A stretch of 63,981 nt of DNA, counting the filler, from Octopus bimaculoides (taxonomy: Eukaryota): NCBI RefSeq assembly GCF_001194135.2. It is 8 parts of 8 records of this genome, joined end to end, with 100 filler letters (N's around TTAATTAATTAA, not from the genome) between each part and the next. Parts side by side here need not be neighbours in the genome. Positions count along the whole stretch, not along the records: positions 1 to 7,542 come from NC_068988.1; positions 7,643 to 27,826 come from NC_068981.1; 6 more parts are not named here. One strand, 5' to 3'. A program made the position numbers and the translations under genes. The notes beneath the pieces were generated by a model. It saw only the letters and a program-made list of their open reading frames with translations. It did not search any database and was not told the DNA's origin. Shown one piece after another: positions 1 through 12,645 of this stretch (position 1 is the first letter of the stretch; every line of letters starts with the position of its first letter).

Positions 1-281
1 TTATATATTTGATCCTTTATATTGAACACTCAATATTTCATCTACATTCAATACTTTATTTCATGGTTCCATCCATTTTTATTTTATTTTATTTTATTCT
101 ATATTATATATTGTACATTATATTATATATTGTATATTCCATATTCTATACCCCACATTGGTTCTGCAGGAATATAAATAAAACATAAAAACAGACAGTG
201 TTGGAACTCTTTTAAACAAAATAATATATTCCTCTATACACAATCATACAAAAAAAAACCTCTTTTGTATTTATTTTTACT

Positions 282-321
<40 letters not shown>

Positions 322-329
322 CATATACA

Positions 330-1073
330 TACCCACTTACACATCACCTTACCCTTACCTTATCTCTAACTATTCTATACCCATCCCTTAATGCAGCTCC
401 ATCCTATCACCCTTGCTCACATATCTCACACTGGTTTAATCCTTACCCTTTCATCTCTTCCTCTCTCTCTCCCTCACCTCTCCCTCCCTCTTATCACTTT
501 ATCCTGACCACTAGCTAACACACCCTCTCTCATTTCATTTCGTTTCCTCCTTCTTCATTTCTTTTTTGTCTCTCTCCCTTTTTCTCTTTTTTCTTTTTCC
601 TCCTATTCTCTCCCTGTTTTTGATTTGACCTATCTCCTCTTTCTAATCATACACATCTCTCCTCCCTGCATCTATCCATTAATATTGCAAACACATTCGC
701 AAATTTTAATTCACACTGAAAATCCCCCTCGATCGAACAACACCGTTTACAAGGCTCTATGCTTGGAATGACCAAATATAACTACCATTGGAACTCACAG
801 ACAAGGTACAGTAAACTTCTTCAAGAATTATATACACCATTCTACTTGAATAATGGAACTGCAAATACAATATCCTTATGTATCTCACTTATATTTTCAT
901 TCTTTTACATCCCTCAGTATTTCATATCTTCTCTACAAAAATTAATAAACATTTTCTCGCACCGTCTCTGATGAAGGAATATATAAAATATCCCGGAAAC
1001 AGTTGTAAGAACTTTTCTTCATAAATTTCCTAAAAACTATTTACAGCCTTGGATATTTTATCTCATTCTGTCA

Positions 1074-1076
<3 letters not shown>
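330..1076 (+). mobile_element. Penelope-like element terminal-repeat (pLTR) remnant, HHR family 1
   Basis: Pyrimidine-rich body similar in layout to 58250-59075 (ACTAGCTAAC occurs in both). It ends in the same hammerhead motif and lies between (TA)n tracts. PLE assignment is inferred from the HHR type; boundaries are approximate. Confidence 0.5.
964..1012 (+). ncRNA. Minimal type I hammerhead ribozyme motif (slightly decayed)
   Basis: CTGATGA 968-974; stem II GGAATAT/ATATCCC with a mismatch; GAAA 996-999; near-palindromic stem III ACAGTTGT 999-1006; predicted GUA cleavage after 1007; stem I TCT/AGA. Confidence 0.6.
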
Positions 1077-1108
<32 letters not shown>

Positions 1109-2273
1109 CACACATACATATACATATATACACATACACACGCGTACACACGCACGCACACTCTTACTACATGAAAAGATAAACAATACTTTTATTGCTG
1201 TTTAAACTGACGATGCTCTGTTCCTCTCTTTCCGGTTTGCATAAATTTTATGAGTGCCTTTGTGTTCTAAAGAGGAGAATCTTTTTTCTTTGCAAAGCGT
1301 GTTTGATTCAACGCACATATACGTAGATAGTAACTTTCTTTACGCTTTGCTTTGAAAATATGTATTAAATAATAGATTTTTTACAATCAAAGCGCTGCTA
1401 GGGAAGAGAATCATGAAAAACTTTCCAACTCAAGTCATAGGATAAATGAAGTAACTAAACCTGCGATTTAAAACTTTGACTGAGTCCCTCTTCTCTGTAC
1501 TAAGATAATGCAGGCCAATGCGTTGAATCCACAAATTCAAACACTGAAATTTTTATTGATAGGGAAATTATAAGTGAAATTCATGCCGCGGTAGACATCC
1601 ATCAAATCCCAAACACTTCAATTTTCTTGCAAGAAAATCCTTCTTCATCTGTTTGCTACTTCTAGAGAAAAGGAAACTTTTAGTGTACTTCTACGATACT
1701 TCTCCATCTCCTGAAATCACAGCCGATTACGAGAGATAGAAAGAGAGTGGGGAGAGAAATAGCGAGGTAGATATAGAACGGGAGACAGAGAGAGAGGAAA
1801 AGACAGAGGGAAATGCGGATGAAAGAAGTGACACCAGTACTTAACTGGTACATTATATATCGAAGTCAATAAAAAGAACAAAGATAATAGATTCCCCATA
1901 AAATTGTTTTAGGAGGAGATACAACAATGATTGACTAAGAACATCACTCTAAGTAAAGAGGGAACAAAAGGCAGGGTAGCTTAATCACATGCTGCCCTAT
2001 ACCGCTGTCAATAACCAGAAGTATTCAAGAGCCACTTCAAAACACTAACAGGCAGGTTAAAACGGATTTATTTTCCTTAATGTGGGATTGCTTGTGTAAT
2101 TCCGTCTCAAACTGCCGTTATTAAAAAAAATAATAATAAAACAAAAGAAACTTAGTTAAAAAAGGAAAATCTGATCTCTTCAGTGAGTTTAAGTACTACA
2201 AGATATCTAAGCGATGTCCCTAACAATCATGCAGATTCACTGGATTCGAGCCATAATCCTACTCTATATGAAA

Positions 2274-2292
2274 CTACTACTACTACTACTAT

Positions 2293-2341
<49 letters not shown>

Positions 2342-2367
2342 GCTGCTGCTGCTACTACTACTACTAT

Positions 2368-2414
<47 letters not shown>
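2274..2414 (+). repeat. (ACT)n/(GCT)n microsatellite
   Basis: Direct reading; it explains the poly-T/L/S ORFs. Confidence 0.97.
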
Positions 2415-2415
<1 letters not shown>

Positions 2416-3271
2416 AAGAAAATACTGAACTAAAATATATAAACATATGTTCTTTCTTGTGTTCTTTTTTTGTTTTGCACTACTATGAAGACTATACCCT
2501 GATGCAGTGGTTTACTTTTCAATACGATTTTAGATCAAATGGTATTTTAACCACTAAATATAGTCGATTAATGCTGCTTCAAAGTTTTAATAAATATAAT
2601 TATTTCCATTTATTATTCTTAGAGAATATAATGTTAGACCTGCTAGACAACAGATCTTGTCACATTCTAACCTCGTAATAAGGGAACGACACATTATAAA
2701 ACGTTTACAAAGCACATTTTAAAGATTGGATGGTTCCAGCTGGAATGCTTTTTATCATACGGGAGTATAAGAGACCTAGATTGAACCAATCAGTGCAATT
2801 ATACGACGTAGAGATATTAAAGAAAAACTGACAATAATTGCTATCAACAATATTGTACTCGCCGTTTGTCTTTGATTATTATTTTCACTTTCGATTTCTG
2901 ATTTCTTTAAATTATGTTTTAGCCACTTATCTCTCATCTTTTTCTGAGTACCAACTGAAGAGATAAAATTATTTAGTAACTATAACCATTTTTTACCATC
3001 CTTATCTCCCACGACAACTAATCAATAATGTGTTATATAATTCTCATATAGTGATATTGAGTAAGATGATCTATAACAACAAGAGCAATCTTAACTGAAG
3101 AAGTTTCTTGTGTTACTTTAAAAATGCATACCTGACAATTATCTTTAAAAATCACACTAAGGAATGACAATGTCTTTAAAAAAAATATGAATACTTATAC
3201 ACTTTTACACCTGTGAATTTCTGTGTTAGCAGCAGCAGCCCTTTAATGCGCAGATTTCAATACATTATTTC

Positions 3272-4579
3272 CAGGGTGTTTCAAAAACCTTGACATCATT
3301 TCACAATCTAATAAATTTGCTAGTACTTGTGCAAATGACTTCAAATTTTAACAACATGAGTAGAGACAGGTCCAAATCTTATGTGTAATGTTTGATATGT
3401 TTATCTTTTCAGGTATAGAAATGGTATCCACTGGAAGAGAAAAGGTGTTTTGTGTGTTGGAGTATGCTCGAACACAGTCGAACAAGACTGCGCAGCGTGC
3501 ATTTGTGAGAGAGTTCTCTAAAAAGTCACCAACGGCAATGCAGATTTGGACATGGCACAAAATATTCCAAGTGGAAGGCTATCTGTGCAGAGCAAAAGTA
3601 TCTGGACGAAAACGAACATCGGACGAGACAGTCGAGCGGGTTCGCCAAAAGCTCTTGCGAAGCCCCAAGAAGTTCATAGGAAGAACAAGTCTGGAACAAC
3701 GTAGGTTCCTCCAACGAGAGTTTGGCGCGTCCTGAGGAAACGCTTGCTAATGAAACCCTGCAAGCTGCAGCTTGTTCAGGTCATAACGGTAGTGGACAAG
3801 GGAAAGCGCAAACAATTTTGTGTTGATATGCAAGAGAAACTTGAAGAAGCCGAGTTCAAGGAACGTCTTGTTTTCAGAGATGAAGCCACAATCCATACGA
3901 ATGGCAAAGTCAATAAGTATAATATTTACATTTGGGGACTCACCAAAAGTAAATGTATTCTGCGCCATCTCCAAGTAGCATCTTCATGGCCCGTTTTTCT
4001 TAAAGGGAAATGTGACCGGTGATGTTTATCTGTAAATGTTTCAGAACTGGCTAATGGATGAGCTCATTGAAAATGAACATTAAGGTCACATTCTTCAACA
4101 GGAAGGGGCTCCACCTTACTGGAAGCTCACTTTGCAGCTTATCTCAATGACAATCTTCAAGGGAGATGGATCGGGTGTGCTGGCGATGAAGACAATGTGC
4201 TGTTAAAATGGCCACTACTCTCACCAGACCTGACACCTTGCGATTTTTTTCTCTGGGGCTATGTTAAGGGCCTGGTCTATGTCCCCATCTTCCTGCAAAC
4301 CTAGAAGAACTCGAGCACAGAATCACTACCGCACTGGAGACTGTTACCCAAGACATGGTTGGGAGGAGCTGACTATAGACCCGACGTGTGCCGTGTCACA
4401 GGCTGTGTGCATATAGAACATTTGTGAAATCGTTCATGGAATCCACATACCTTCGAATTTCTCGTTCAATTGTGGAGGGATAACTCTTATATTGCTCAAC
4501 ATTAAACATCTTTAGTTTAATTTGCTTTAACTATGTAGTTTTTGTGACAATTACATATCAAGGTTTTTGAAATATCTTG
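3272..4579 (+). mobile_element. Full-length but inactivated Tc1/mariner DNA transposon (rosa/DD41D-like group, DUF4817-type N-terminus)
   Basis: TIRs CAGGGTGTTTCAAAAACCTTGACAT (3272-3296) and 4555-4579 match 21/25; TA follows at 4580-4581. Transposase motifs FRDEATIHTNGKVN, QQEGAPPYW and WPLLSPDLTPCDFFLWGYVK are present; frameshifts and stops. Confidence 0.92.
3421..4424 (+). pseudogene. Disrupted DDD transposase
   Basis: Starts MVSTGREKVFCVLEYARTQS (HTH region) and continues across frames through the catalytic motifs (first D at 3879-3881, third D at 4242-4244). The 3' end is approximate. Confidence 0.88.
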
Positions 4580-4689
4580 TACTTGATAATATCTTGTATT
4601 TTACACAAGAAATCAGTTGTAATATTACGTTTAGAAAACACATTAACATTGTAACTAATAATGCATTATCATTTAGACGCAAGACCAGA

Positions 4690-5086
4690 AAGAGAGGATG
4701 TTAGTTAATAGTATCGTTTCCAATATTCGGATGATACTTCTTATCGATCCCGAAAAAAGTAAAGTAAACCTTGACCTCGGTGGGATTTGAATGTAGAATG
4801 TAAAGAAAGGAACAATTACTTCAATTAATGATTCCGATGCTTAAACGACTCTGCCGTCGTAAATAATAATCCTTTGTACTATAAGCACAAGGCCTGACAT
4901 TTTGGGAGAGTGGATTAGTCGATTACATCGACCCGAGAGTTTCACTGGTACTTAATTCATCGACCCCGAAAGGAGGAAAGGCAAAGTCAATCTCAGCAGA
5001 ATTTGAACAAAGAACGTAACGGCAGACGAAATACCGTTAAGCAGTTCGTCCAGCGTGCTAACGATTCTGCCAGCTCGTTGTCTTAA
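4690..5086 (-). mobile_element. Two tandem family-A tRNA-derived SINE copies (first degraded, second 4862-5086)
   Basis: Reverse-complement match to the copy at 37984-38192 (GGCACAAGGCC...ATCGACCCCGAAAGGA.GAAAGGCAAAGTC...GCTAACG.TTCTGCCAGCTCG). Confidence 0.85.
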
Positions 5087-5370
5087 CGTCGTAATTAATA
5101 ACGGTGATAAATTCCTACATAGGCACAAGGCTGATTAAACACTTGCTAGTGCGCTTGTGCTAATTTGACATTCTCTTCCTTTCGCCAGTTGTTTTATGTG
5201 TCCATGTAGTCGCTAGAAGATACGCTACCCTTTATCCTTCATCCTTTCAGAATCAAAAAATAGAGTAACAGTAAAATACTTATTTCGGTACTTTTATCCT
5301 TTCTTTTTCTGTCTTCGAATTCTCTCTCAATATTTCTCCCTCTCTCTCTTTACATAACCTCCCCCCGATG

Positions 5371-5371
<1 letters not shown>

Positions 5372-5425
<54 letters not shown>

Positions 5426-5450
5426 CACACACACACTCACACACACACAG
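5372..5450 (+). repeat. (CA)n microsatellite
   Basis: Direct reading. Confidence 0.97.
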
Positions 5451-6255
5451 AGGTAAACTTATCAGATTGTTACGTTAAATTGTTCCCTGCTGCACAGCAT
5501 TAATTTCCTCTGGCTTATTTCGTTGGTTTTGTAGGATGCAAGATTGGGAAAGGTTGCTATGCTCTCACTCAATTCTACTCAAGATCCTGGAACGAAAAGC
5601 AAAGTTGACATTGGCAGGATTTGATCACAACACAAACAGCCAGAAGAAATTCCATGAGCTGAAGGAGAACACATCTGGTTTTACCACACATCGACAATGT
5701 TCTTTGTTCTAAGCTTTTTAGCATCTCAAAATTAACTATGGAAAATGCATATTTCAGTACATTCATAGGCGTCGCCAATTTAGCAATATATCTGAAACAT
5801 CTTGTGAGTAAATAAATTGTAAACGAGCAACTCTGTTCCAGTTGTTACTTATTTATTCATACCTCCCCCTATTTCATTATTTGTCTTTTATATTTTTCCT
5901 AGAACAATAAATTTCCTTAGTTCATGACATTTACTGACTTAATTTCAGGAAATTATTTTTGTGGCGTATAATGTTACCAATTTATGGCACTGGAGATTAA
6001 TGCAAACGACAAAGCATCAAATTTCATATGCGAAAAACTTTTTTCTAAAAGTTTCTCACCGTTGAATTTTGTCTTCCATGAAGGTGTCAGGTATTAATTT
6101 ATTTCTAGTAAACACAATTTCTGTTTTGAATATTACTTTACATACTACGCATACAGAGTTTATAATCGTTTTTATAAATTCTTTTTTAAACTTTGAGGAT
6201 ATTTGTGTAACAGAAAACCACTCAATCGCCCAGAAGCATATATACTACAAATATA

Positions 6256-7399
6256 CCTTGAAACGGAGTTACTTTGAACAGCTTTAGACTTCTTATTGCA
6301 ATAATTTCATAACCATTTTTTCAGTCTTAAAGTAATTTCACTATGTTAGGGGGACTGAATACATATACTGATATATGAAATAAAAATAAGTTGCAGTCAC
6401 TATCTAATCACAAATGTTTTATATAATTGTTGCTGTTCAAAGAAACCCCTGATTTGGGGTTACTTTGAACAGTAATGTTTTATATTAACAAATACAAAAG
6501 AAAAGTCAATGATTAGCTTTAAGTATTATAGCACTAAAGAAAATGTCACACAGTTGTCAGTAAGTCACATTTTATATTCCCCATTCTTGTTCAAGGTCAG
6601 GGAATCGATAGAAACCCCTGTTGTTCAGGGTATTTGTTTTCATTTCTGCCATACCTTTCCAGTCAAAGACGAGTTTATCCTCCTTCAGTGGCCACCTTCA
6701 TCCTATCTTTTTACATTTTGTCAATGATGACACACAAGTGTTCCGTCACTTCCAGTTGAGATCAGTTAACCGGGAAATGTGTGAGCAGAGCAGGAAAAGC
6801 ATCTTTAGTTAGGTTTTGGATTTCTTCCTGCTATAAGCCTTCCAATCATTTAAGATTTTTCTCCAACTTCTTTTAAGAGACCCATAGAATGTCACGTCAA
6901 GAGGTTGAAGCATATGTGTGCGGTAACAGCTTGCTTACTGCCGGAAATAGTGATCGGGGTTATTCTGAACGGCGTTCAAAGTATCCCCGCTGGATAATCA
7001 AAGGGGTGGGGTAATGTCATGTTATAGAAGTTTTTACAAAGATACCAAAGTTATAAAAACACTTCAATAGAAAAATATTATCATGTTTTAACAAAAGCTT
7101 GTATCTTTCAAGCCAGATGTACTTTAGCTACTGACAAAAGTACTCATATCTTGCAAAAATGTTTGCTTTACTGCATTTTGAAGAAGTTGACAAACTCTTT
7201 CTTTGAGCGGATAACCAAAGTTATATTTACAAATTTTACATTATATATTGAAATTATACTATCATAGAAATATAATTCTTAAATTTAACAACACATTTAA
7301 ACAATTCTGTAGGAAATTTTATTAACAAGCAATAAAGGAAACAACATATTATATTTTGTTCAAAGTTACCCCGGTGTTCAAAGTAAACCCATTTCACGG
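6256..7399. mobile_element. Non-autonomous pogo/Tc1-mariner-type element with TA target duplication
   Basis: Left TIR CCTTGAAACGGAGTTACTTTGAACA matches the reverse complement of the right end 21/25; TA at 6254-6255 and 7400-7401; internal copies of the GGGGTTACTTTGAACA motif. The pogo label is inferred from TIR style. Confidence 0.75.
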
Positions 7400-7654
7400 T
7401 ATATCACACAAATACAAATTTGTACATCTTTACATTTCAGTGATTATACGCATATACATACATACATATATACCAGTCTTCGTCTGTTGTTTTTTTCGTA
7501 AATTCTCCCATATATATATACATACATATATCCATATTTATANNNNNNNNNNNNNNNNNNNNNNNNNNNNNNNNNNNNNNNNNNNNTTAATTAATTAANN
7601 NNNNNNNNNNNNNNNNNNNNNNNNNNNNNNNNNNNNNNNNNNATATATGTGGTG

Positions 7655-8185
7655 GGTAATGTCGCCTGTTGCAATCTTGTATCGTTGCCATCTAATTTCT
7701 GTTGCTAACTGGTGTCGTCGAACTGAAAGTTGCATGTTTTCGGCGGCCCGTTGGATACATCTATCGAGATGTCTGATGAGAGATACGTAGTTTTAGCTAG
7801 GACCGCTGCGGAGAGTAAACAATAGCTTCGTCATGGTGAATTATTTCCTTAAACGGAACAGTACTAGGTGAACATTTATCGCCTTCAGTCTGTCCATCAA
7901 TGTTTCAGGATGGAGGAGCTTTGACCTGTGGGTGGAACGAATGGTAGGCGAGAAGATAGCTGAGCCGACCTCTGATTTTGACGAGTTTATCTCAGGGATT
8001 CTGTACAACAGGTAAACAAGTGGTAGACAGAAAAGACATTTGAAAGCGTTTTTCATGTCGAACTTAACGTTGAGGTGCTTGGAGTCGCTCGATGACGGCT
8101 TAGGAGGACAGGCATTGAAATATTATTTAGCGTCACGGGTGGCATTCTCACGTCTGCTCGTTACGCCAACCTCTAGATGTACTAG
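7655..8185 (-). mobile_element. CRE/NeSL-like (early-branching) non-LTR retrotransposon RT relic, internally deleted
   Basis: Minus-strand translation across frames gives LEVGVTSRRENATRDAK...NVKFDMKNAF (like QLGVGV.GG.EAA.HA...KLDF.NAF), then LMDRLKAINVHLVLFRLR, TKLLFTLRSGP and FQFDDT..QATLP. Recognised by eye. Confidence 0.55.
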
Positions 8186-8212
8186 TAGGTAGATATATCG
8201 AGAGATAGATAG

Positions 8213-8257
<45 letters not shown>

Positions 8258-9083
8258 TAGATAGATTTGTGGGTTTATACATACTTATGATTCTCTTAAC
8301 AAGTCCCAAAGAAATAACTAATGAATTTGTTTAGTAATGATTCTGAAAATATGTATATTTCATCCTTCAATTCCTCCTGAATTAGTTAATTGGGCAGAAG
8401 TATAAACTATTGCATAAATTGCTTCCCTATAATTTATCAACTGAATTGTAAAATTATTTTATTTATTTCCTGACTGTTATTAATTGACATCTGTACCTAT
8501 TCTGTGAATTATTAATAGGAACCTTGTACAGCCTTCGGTACCAAAGTTTATGCGTTTAAGATTAGTTGTCATTGTTTGTGTTACTTAATGTCCTACAGCG
8601 TTCTGTTTTAAAAGTTTGAAGTGTTTGAAATAATGGCGTGAACCTTAATTAAAAATATCTAACATTTCTTCGTAATTTAATAAGGTTTATTAACATCACC
8701 TACTCTGTTATAACCTTTTGCAATAAGTACACCCCTCTCAACATATCTGTTATTTTAACATTGAAGTAAACAATTTATCACCGCCAGTACACAAGATCAG
8801 TGTAAGAAACTAAGGAGCGTCAAAAAGTCAAGTCATTTATTGTAATCTTAATGTCGGTGTCGACGCATTTTATTGTTTTAAACATCGACATTTTCAACTG
8901 ACCACTGCAGGCCAACGATGTGTTGGGAGACAAAGGGAAAGTCAATAATAATTGGAACCACGCCGACATACACCGCACGTTTCATGCTAAGATTGCCGAA
9001 GGATATGGACATGAAACATATTAATAATGGTATGTTGCAAATATTCCTAATATAAGTTTAGTCGCAAGAATATTTACAAAATA

Positions 9084-9145
9084 CCTACCTACCTACCTAC
9101 CTACCTACCTACCTACCTAATTAACTAACCAACTAACTAACTACA
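9084..9145 (+). repeat. (ACCT)n/(AACT)n tetranucleotide repeat
   Basis: Direct reading. Confidence 0.9.
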
Positions 9146-9315
9146 TGACTGCTAGCATAGGCAAAGTTTTGACACACACACGTACACTCCCCCCCACACA
9201 CACATACCCTCACACATTCATATATATTTTGTTTATATTTTTACGACTTCACTGTTTACTCAACAAAGTGAATGTTTTGTAAGACGTAAGTATTTTTAAG
9301 TAACTATGATATTTT

Positions 9316-9765
9316 TTCTACTCTAGGCACAAGGCCCACAATTTTTGGGGAGGGGGCCAGTCGTTTAGATTGACCTCAGCATGCAACTAGTAATTAATTA
9401 ATCGGCACCGAAAGGATGAAAGGCAAAGTCAACCTCAGCGTAATTTGAACTCAGAACGTAAAGACAGACGAAATAACGCTAAGCATTTCGCCCGGCGTGC
9501 TAACATTTCTTATTTCTTTACTGCCCACAAGGTGCTACACACAGAGGGGACAAAAAAAGGACAGACAAACGGATTAAATCGATTATATCGACCCGAGTGC
9601 GTAAATGGTACTTATTTCATCGGCCCCAAAAGGATGAAAGGCAAAGTCGACCTCGGTGGAATTTGAACTCAGAACGTAGCGGCAGAAAAATTACCAATTT
9701 CTTTATTGCCCACCAGGGGCTGAATATAGAAATGGACAAAACAGCTGATGGGATCAGTAAATCGT
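9316..9765 (-). mobile_element. Concatenated family-A SINE pieces: one with tail type 1 (9316-9510), one with tail type 2 (9511-9690), plus another tail-2 fragment
   Basis: The shared core GAAAGGATGAAAGGCAAAGTC.ACCTC.G.GGAATTTGAACTCAGAACGTA occurs twice; the tails differ. Confidence 0.85.
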
Positions 9766-9849
9766 TATGATTTTACATAAAATATGACTTTTAAAAATTA
9801 AATATAATATATTAAAAATCGAATTAAATTAACAAAACAGGGACAATAC

Positions 9850-12645
9850 AAATGAGCGATGATCAGGCCACGCTTCGATCCAACAAGCCCCGATCTACCA
9901 CTGGTACCTTTTTTGTCTTTTGTTTTCGTCTATTTACACGGTTCCTTGTACACACAACACTCGTGCAACATGCTTCCATCTCTTTTGGAACGTACACTCC
10001 TACAGACATCTCTTCTTGAGCCAGACCTTCCTTTTCAAATGTAAAGTAAAAAATGATCGTAAATTGTGGCCAGAGATAAAGTCTTAATTCTTTCTATCCT
10101 AGTCTTCCATACTGCCTCTTTCCCTATTGCTACAACCGTGAGAAAACAATTCTTGCCTTCGTTTGTTAAAACTCGCTGTTGGTCAATTTTTATAATTGAC
10201 TCAGTCGACAGCTGTACTCTTCCTTCGCCGGACAACAGGTGTTCAGCATAAGCCCACATTTCAGTTTATCTCCGGACACTGAACAATGGCATGAGGGACG
10301 GTTTCCTTGTCTCACCCACATCTTGGACAGGTCGGCGACTGACGCTTAACGTGTCTTGCGAGCTTATCCCAGACGGGCAAGGAACTTCTGTAGCATTGCA
10401 AGGTTAAGGACTTTGGAAGTTGTCCAACGTTCTCAACCCGAATGTACGGTGAAACAGGCTGTCCAGTTGTATAAACCCGAGACCTAGAGTCGCTCCCAGG
10501 CCATCGTCGCATTCAGACTCTACCAACCCAGTATATAAAATCCGTGTGGAATCGCCACCGCTGGCGTTGCCCGAGCGCCGGAAAAGCAAGAGGGCCTTAC
10601 GGCACTGTTTATGCCATTCACTCAACCTTGGTCAAAGAGAACACCAGACTTCTTGTTCGCAAAAACTTTTGAAATCGGGGAACATTTGTCTGGCCAGCGG
10701 AGACCACACCGGTTCACCATCCAGGAGAATCCAGAGGTACTTCAACCTCAACGCATGCCTGCGCATCATTAACGAAGGCATCCCTAAACCTCACTTTAAA
10801 GGCCTTTGACAGCAGACAGAACGTTTCACAAGTGGTGACCTGCCTTTCCACAAAAAGCGAAAGAGCTGCCTCTCCAACCTGATCAACCACAAATCCGGAC
10901 AGGGCACGACGGTCAGGCGGTAGGTAATGACCGATGCGATAAACACATTGGCCACCTCCGCCCTCCCTTTCAGGGATAGCCACCGCCAAGACCATATCTT
11001 GACAACTGCAGCCACCCTGGTCAATACCTCTGTCCAGTTCTTCTCTATCTGGAGGCCTGGTCCAAACCAAACTCCCAGCAACTTAACTGGTCCCTCCGTC
11101 CAGCGCTCAAGAACGCTGTCTGAAGGCATCGACTTGCCAACCCAGGTGCCGAGCTGCAAGCCGGCCGACTTTTTCCGGTTAATCTTTTCTCCTGTCACCT
11201 CCCCGTAAGCCTCAATAGTTTTACCCACTTCACGTAGGCGTGTTACTGAGGTTACGCTGATAGTGATATCATCCGCGTAAGCCGTAACAAACTCCTTTAG
11301 ACCTGGTTCTCTCGGGATGCCACTCAACCTTCACAGTAGGGGCTCGAGAGCCACCACATACAAAAGCGGTGAGAGCGGACATCCTTGATGAACAGAGTAT
11401 CTGATGCAGAACGGCTTCGAAAGGAAACCGTTCACCCGAACAATCGAGTAAATGTTCTGGTACAAAGCGATAACCCACCTGAGGAAGACGAGGCCCAGGC
11501 CGAACCGCGCAAGCACAGTCGCCAGGTATCGATGGTCAACCCTATCAAAAGATTTAGACTTGTCCAAATGTACCAATGTCCCACCATTGCCAGATTTATT
11601 ACCAACCCTCTCTATGGTATAGCGAATAAGATGGAGGATGTCCTGAATGGTTCTGCCTGGGATGGAACATGCTTGTGCCTCCCCGACTATACGATTCGCG
11701 ACACGCGACAAACTTTTCACTAAGACCTTTGCCAAAATCTTTTCTTCTGCGTTTAACAGAGTGATGGGCCTGAAATTCTCTATAACGTCCCCCTTGTCCG
11801 GGTCATTTATGACCAACGTCACTACTCCCGGGCGCACAGATCTGGGGATAAACTCATTCTCTTGACAGTTCGCGTAAACGTCAGCCAGTAGATGCCCGAA
11901 CAAGTCTGACATACATTTATACAGCTCATACAGAAAACCATCACGTCTCAGCAACCTACCCGCTTTACAGTCGACGAAAGCCTACATCACCTCCACAGGC
12001 GTGATTAACCCTTCGCAAGACTCCCCATCCGACCCCCAGAGACACGGCAGCTCGGCAAGAAAGTCCTCGAGGTTTCTCCCACCACCAGGACCACCGTCAC
12101 CCCCGAACATCTGGGCGAAGTACTCCCAAAAGGCCTCACACATTTTCTCGGGTTCGTTTACGAAGACGCCATTATGATTCGTCAAAGACCGGAACTATTT
12201 CCTTGCCTAGCTTCAACCACTCGGGCCCTTCCAGCGGCCTTGATTCCTTCACTTCTCATCGAACGTAACTTTTCACCCTCGTTTGGTCCGCGTTACAATT
12301 CCTCCAGGCTCCTGCTAGTTCCTTAACTAAACCATCTCCTATTCTACGTCTCTTCTTAGCTAAACTTATGCTAAACTTAATAGACTCATATTTGATGGCT
12401 CTTTTTCGGGCGTACCACCATTTGTCATTAATGATGATACCTGTCAATGCCCTCTGTATTAACATCTTGATCCGCTTTCTGTATTCCTCAATCGCCAAAA
12501 GGACGTATTGAGTTTCCGGTCGCCAGATGCCTGACGATGTAACTTATCTATTGTCAGTTTACAGGTAACCATCTTGTGGTCACTGTAGCTGATTAGATAA
12601 AACTCTGGACAGTTAGCTATGGACTTATCTGTTCGTTCACATCGC
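9850..12645 (-). mobile_element. 5'-truncated, disrupted L1/Tx1-clade LINE (end of endonuclease, RT, C-terminal CCHC finger)
   Basis: SDHKMV (end of APE); FRPITLLNAEEKILAK; PGRTIQDILHLIR; QGCPLSPLLYVVALEPL; AYADD; LSLKGRAEVAN; CPRCG*DKETVPHAIVQC at about 10276-10329. Many stops and frameshifts. The 3' boundary is uncertain because no clear poly(A) is seen. Confidence 0.9.
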
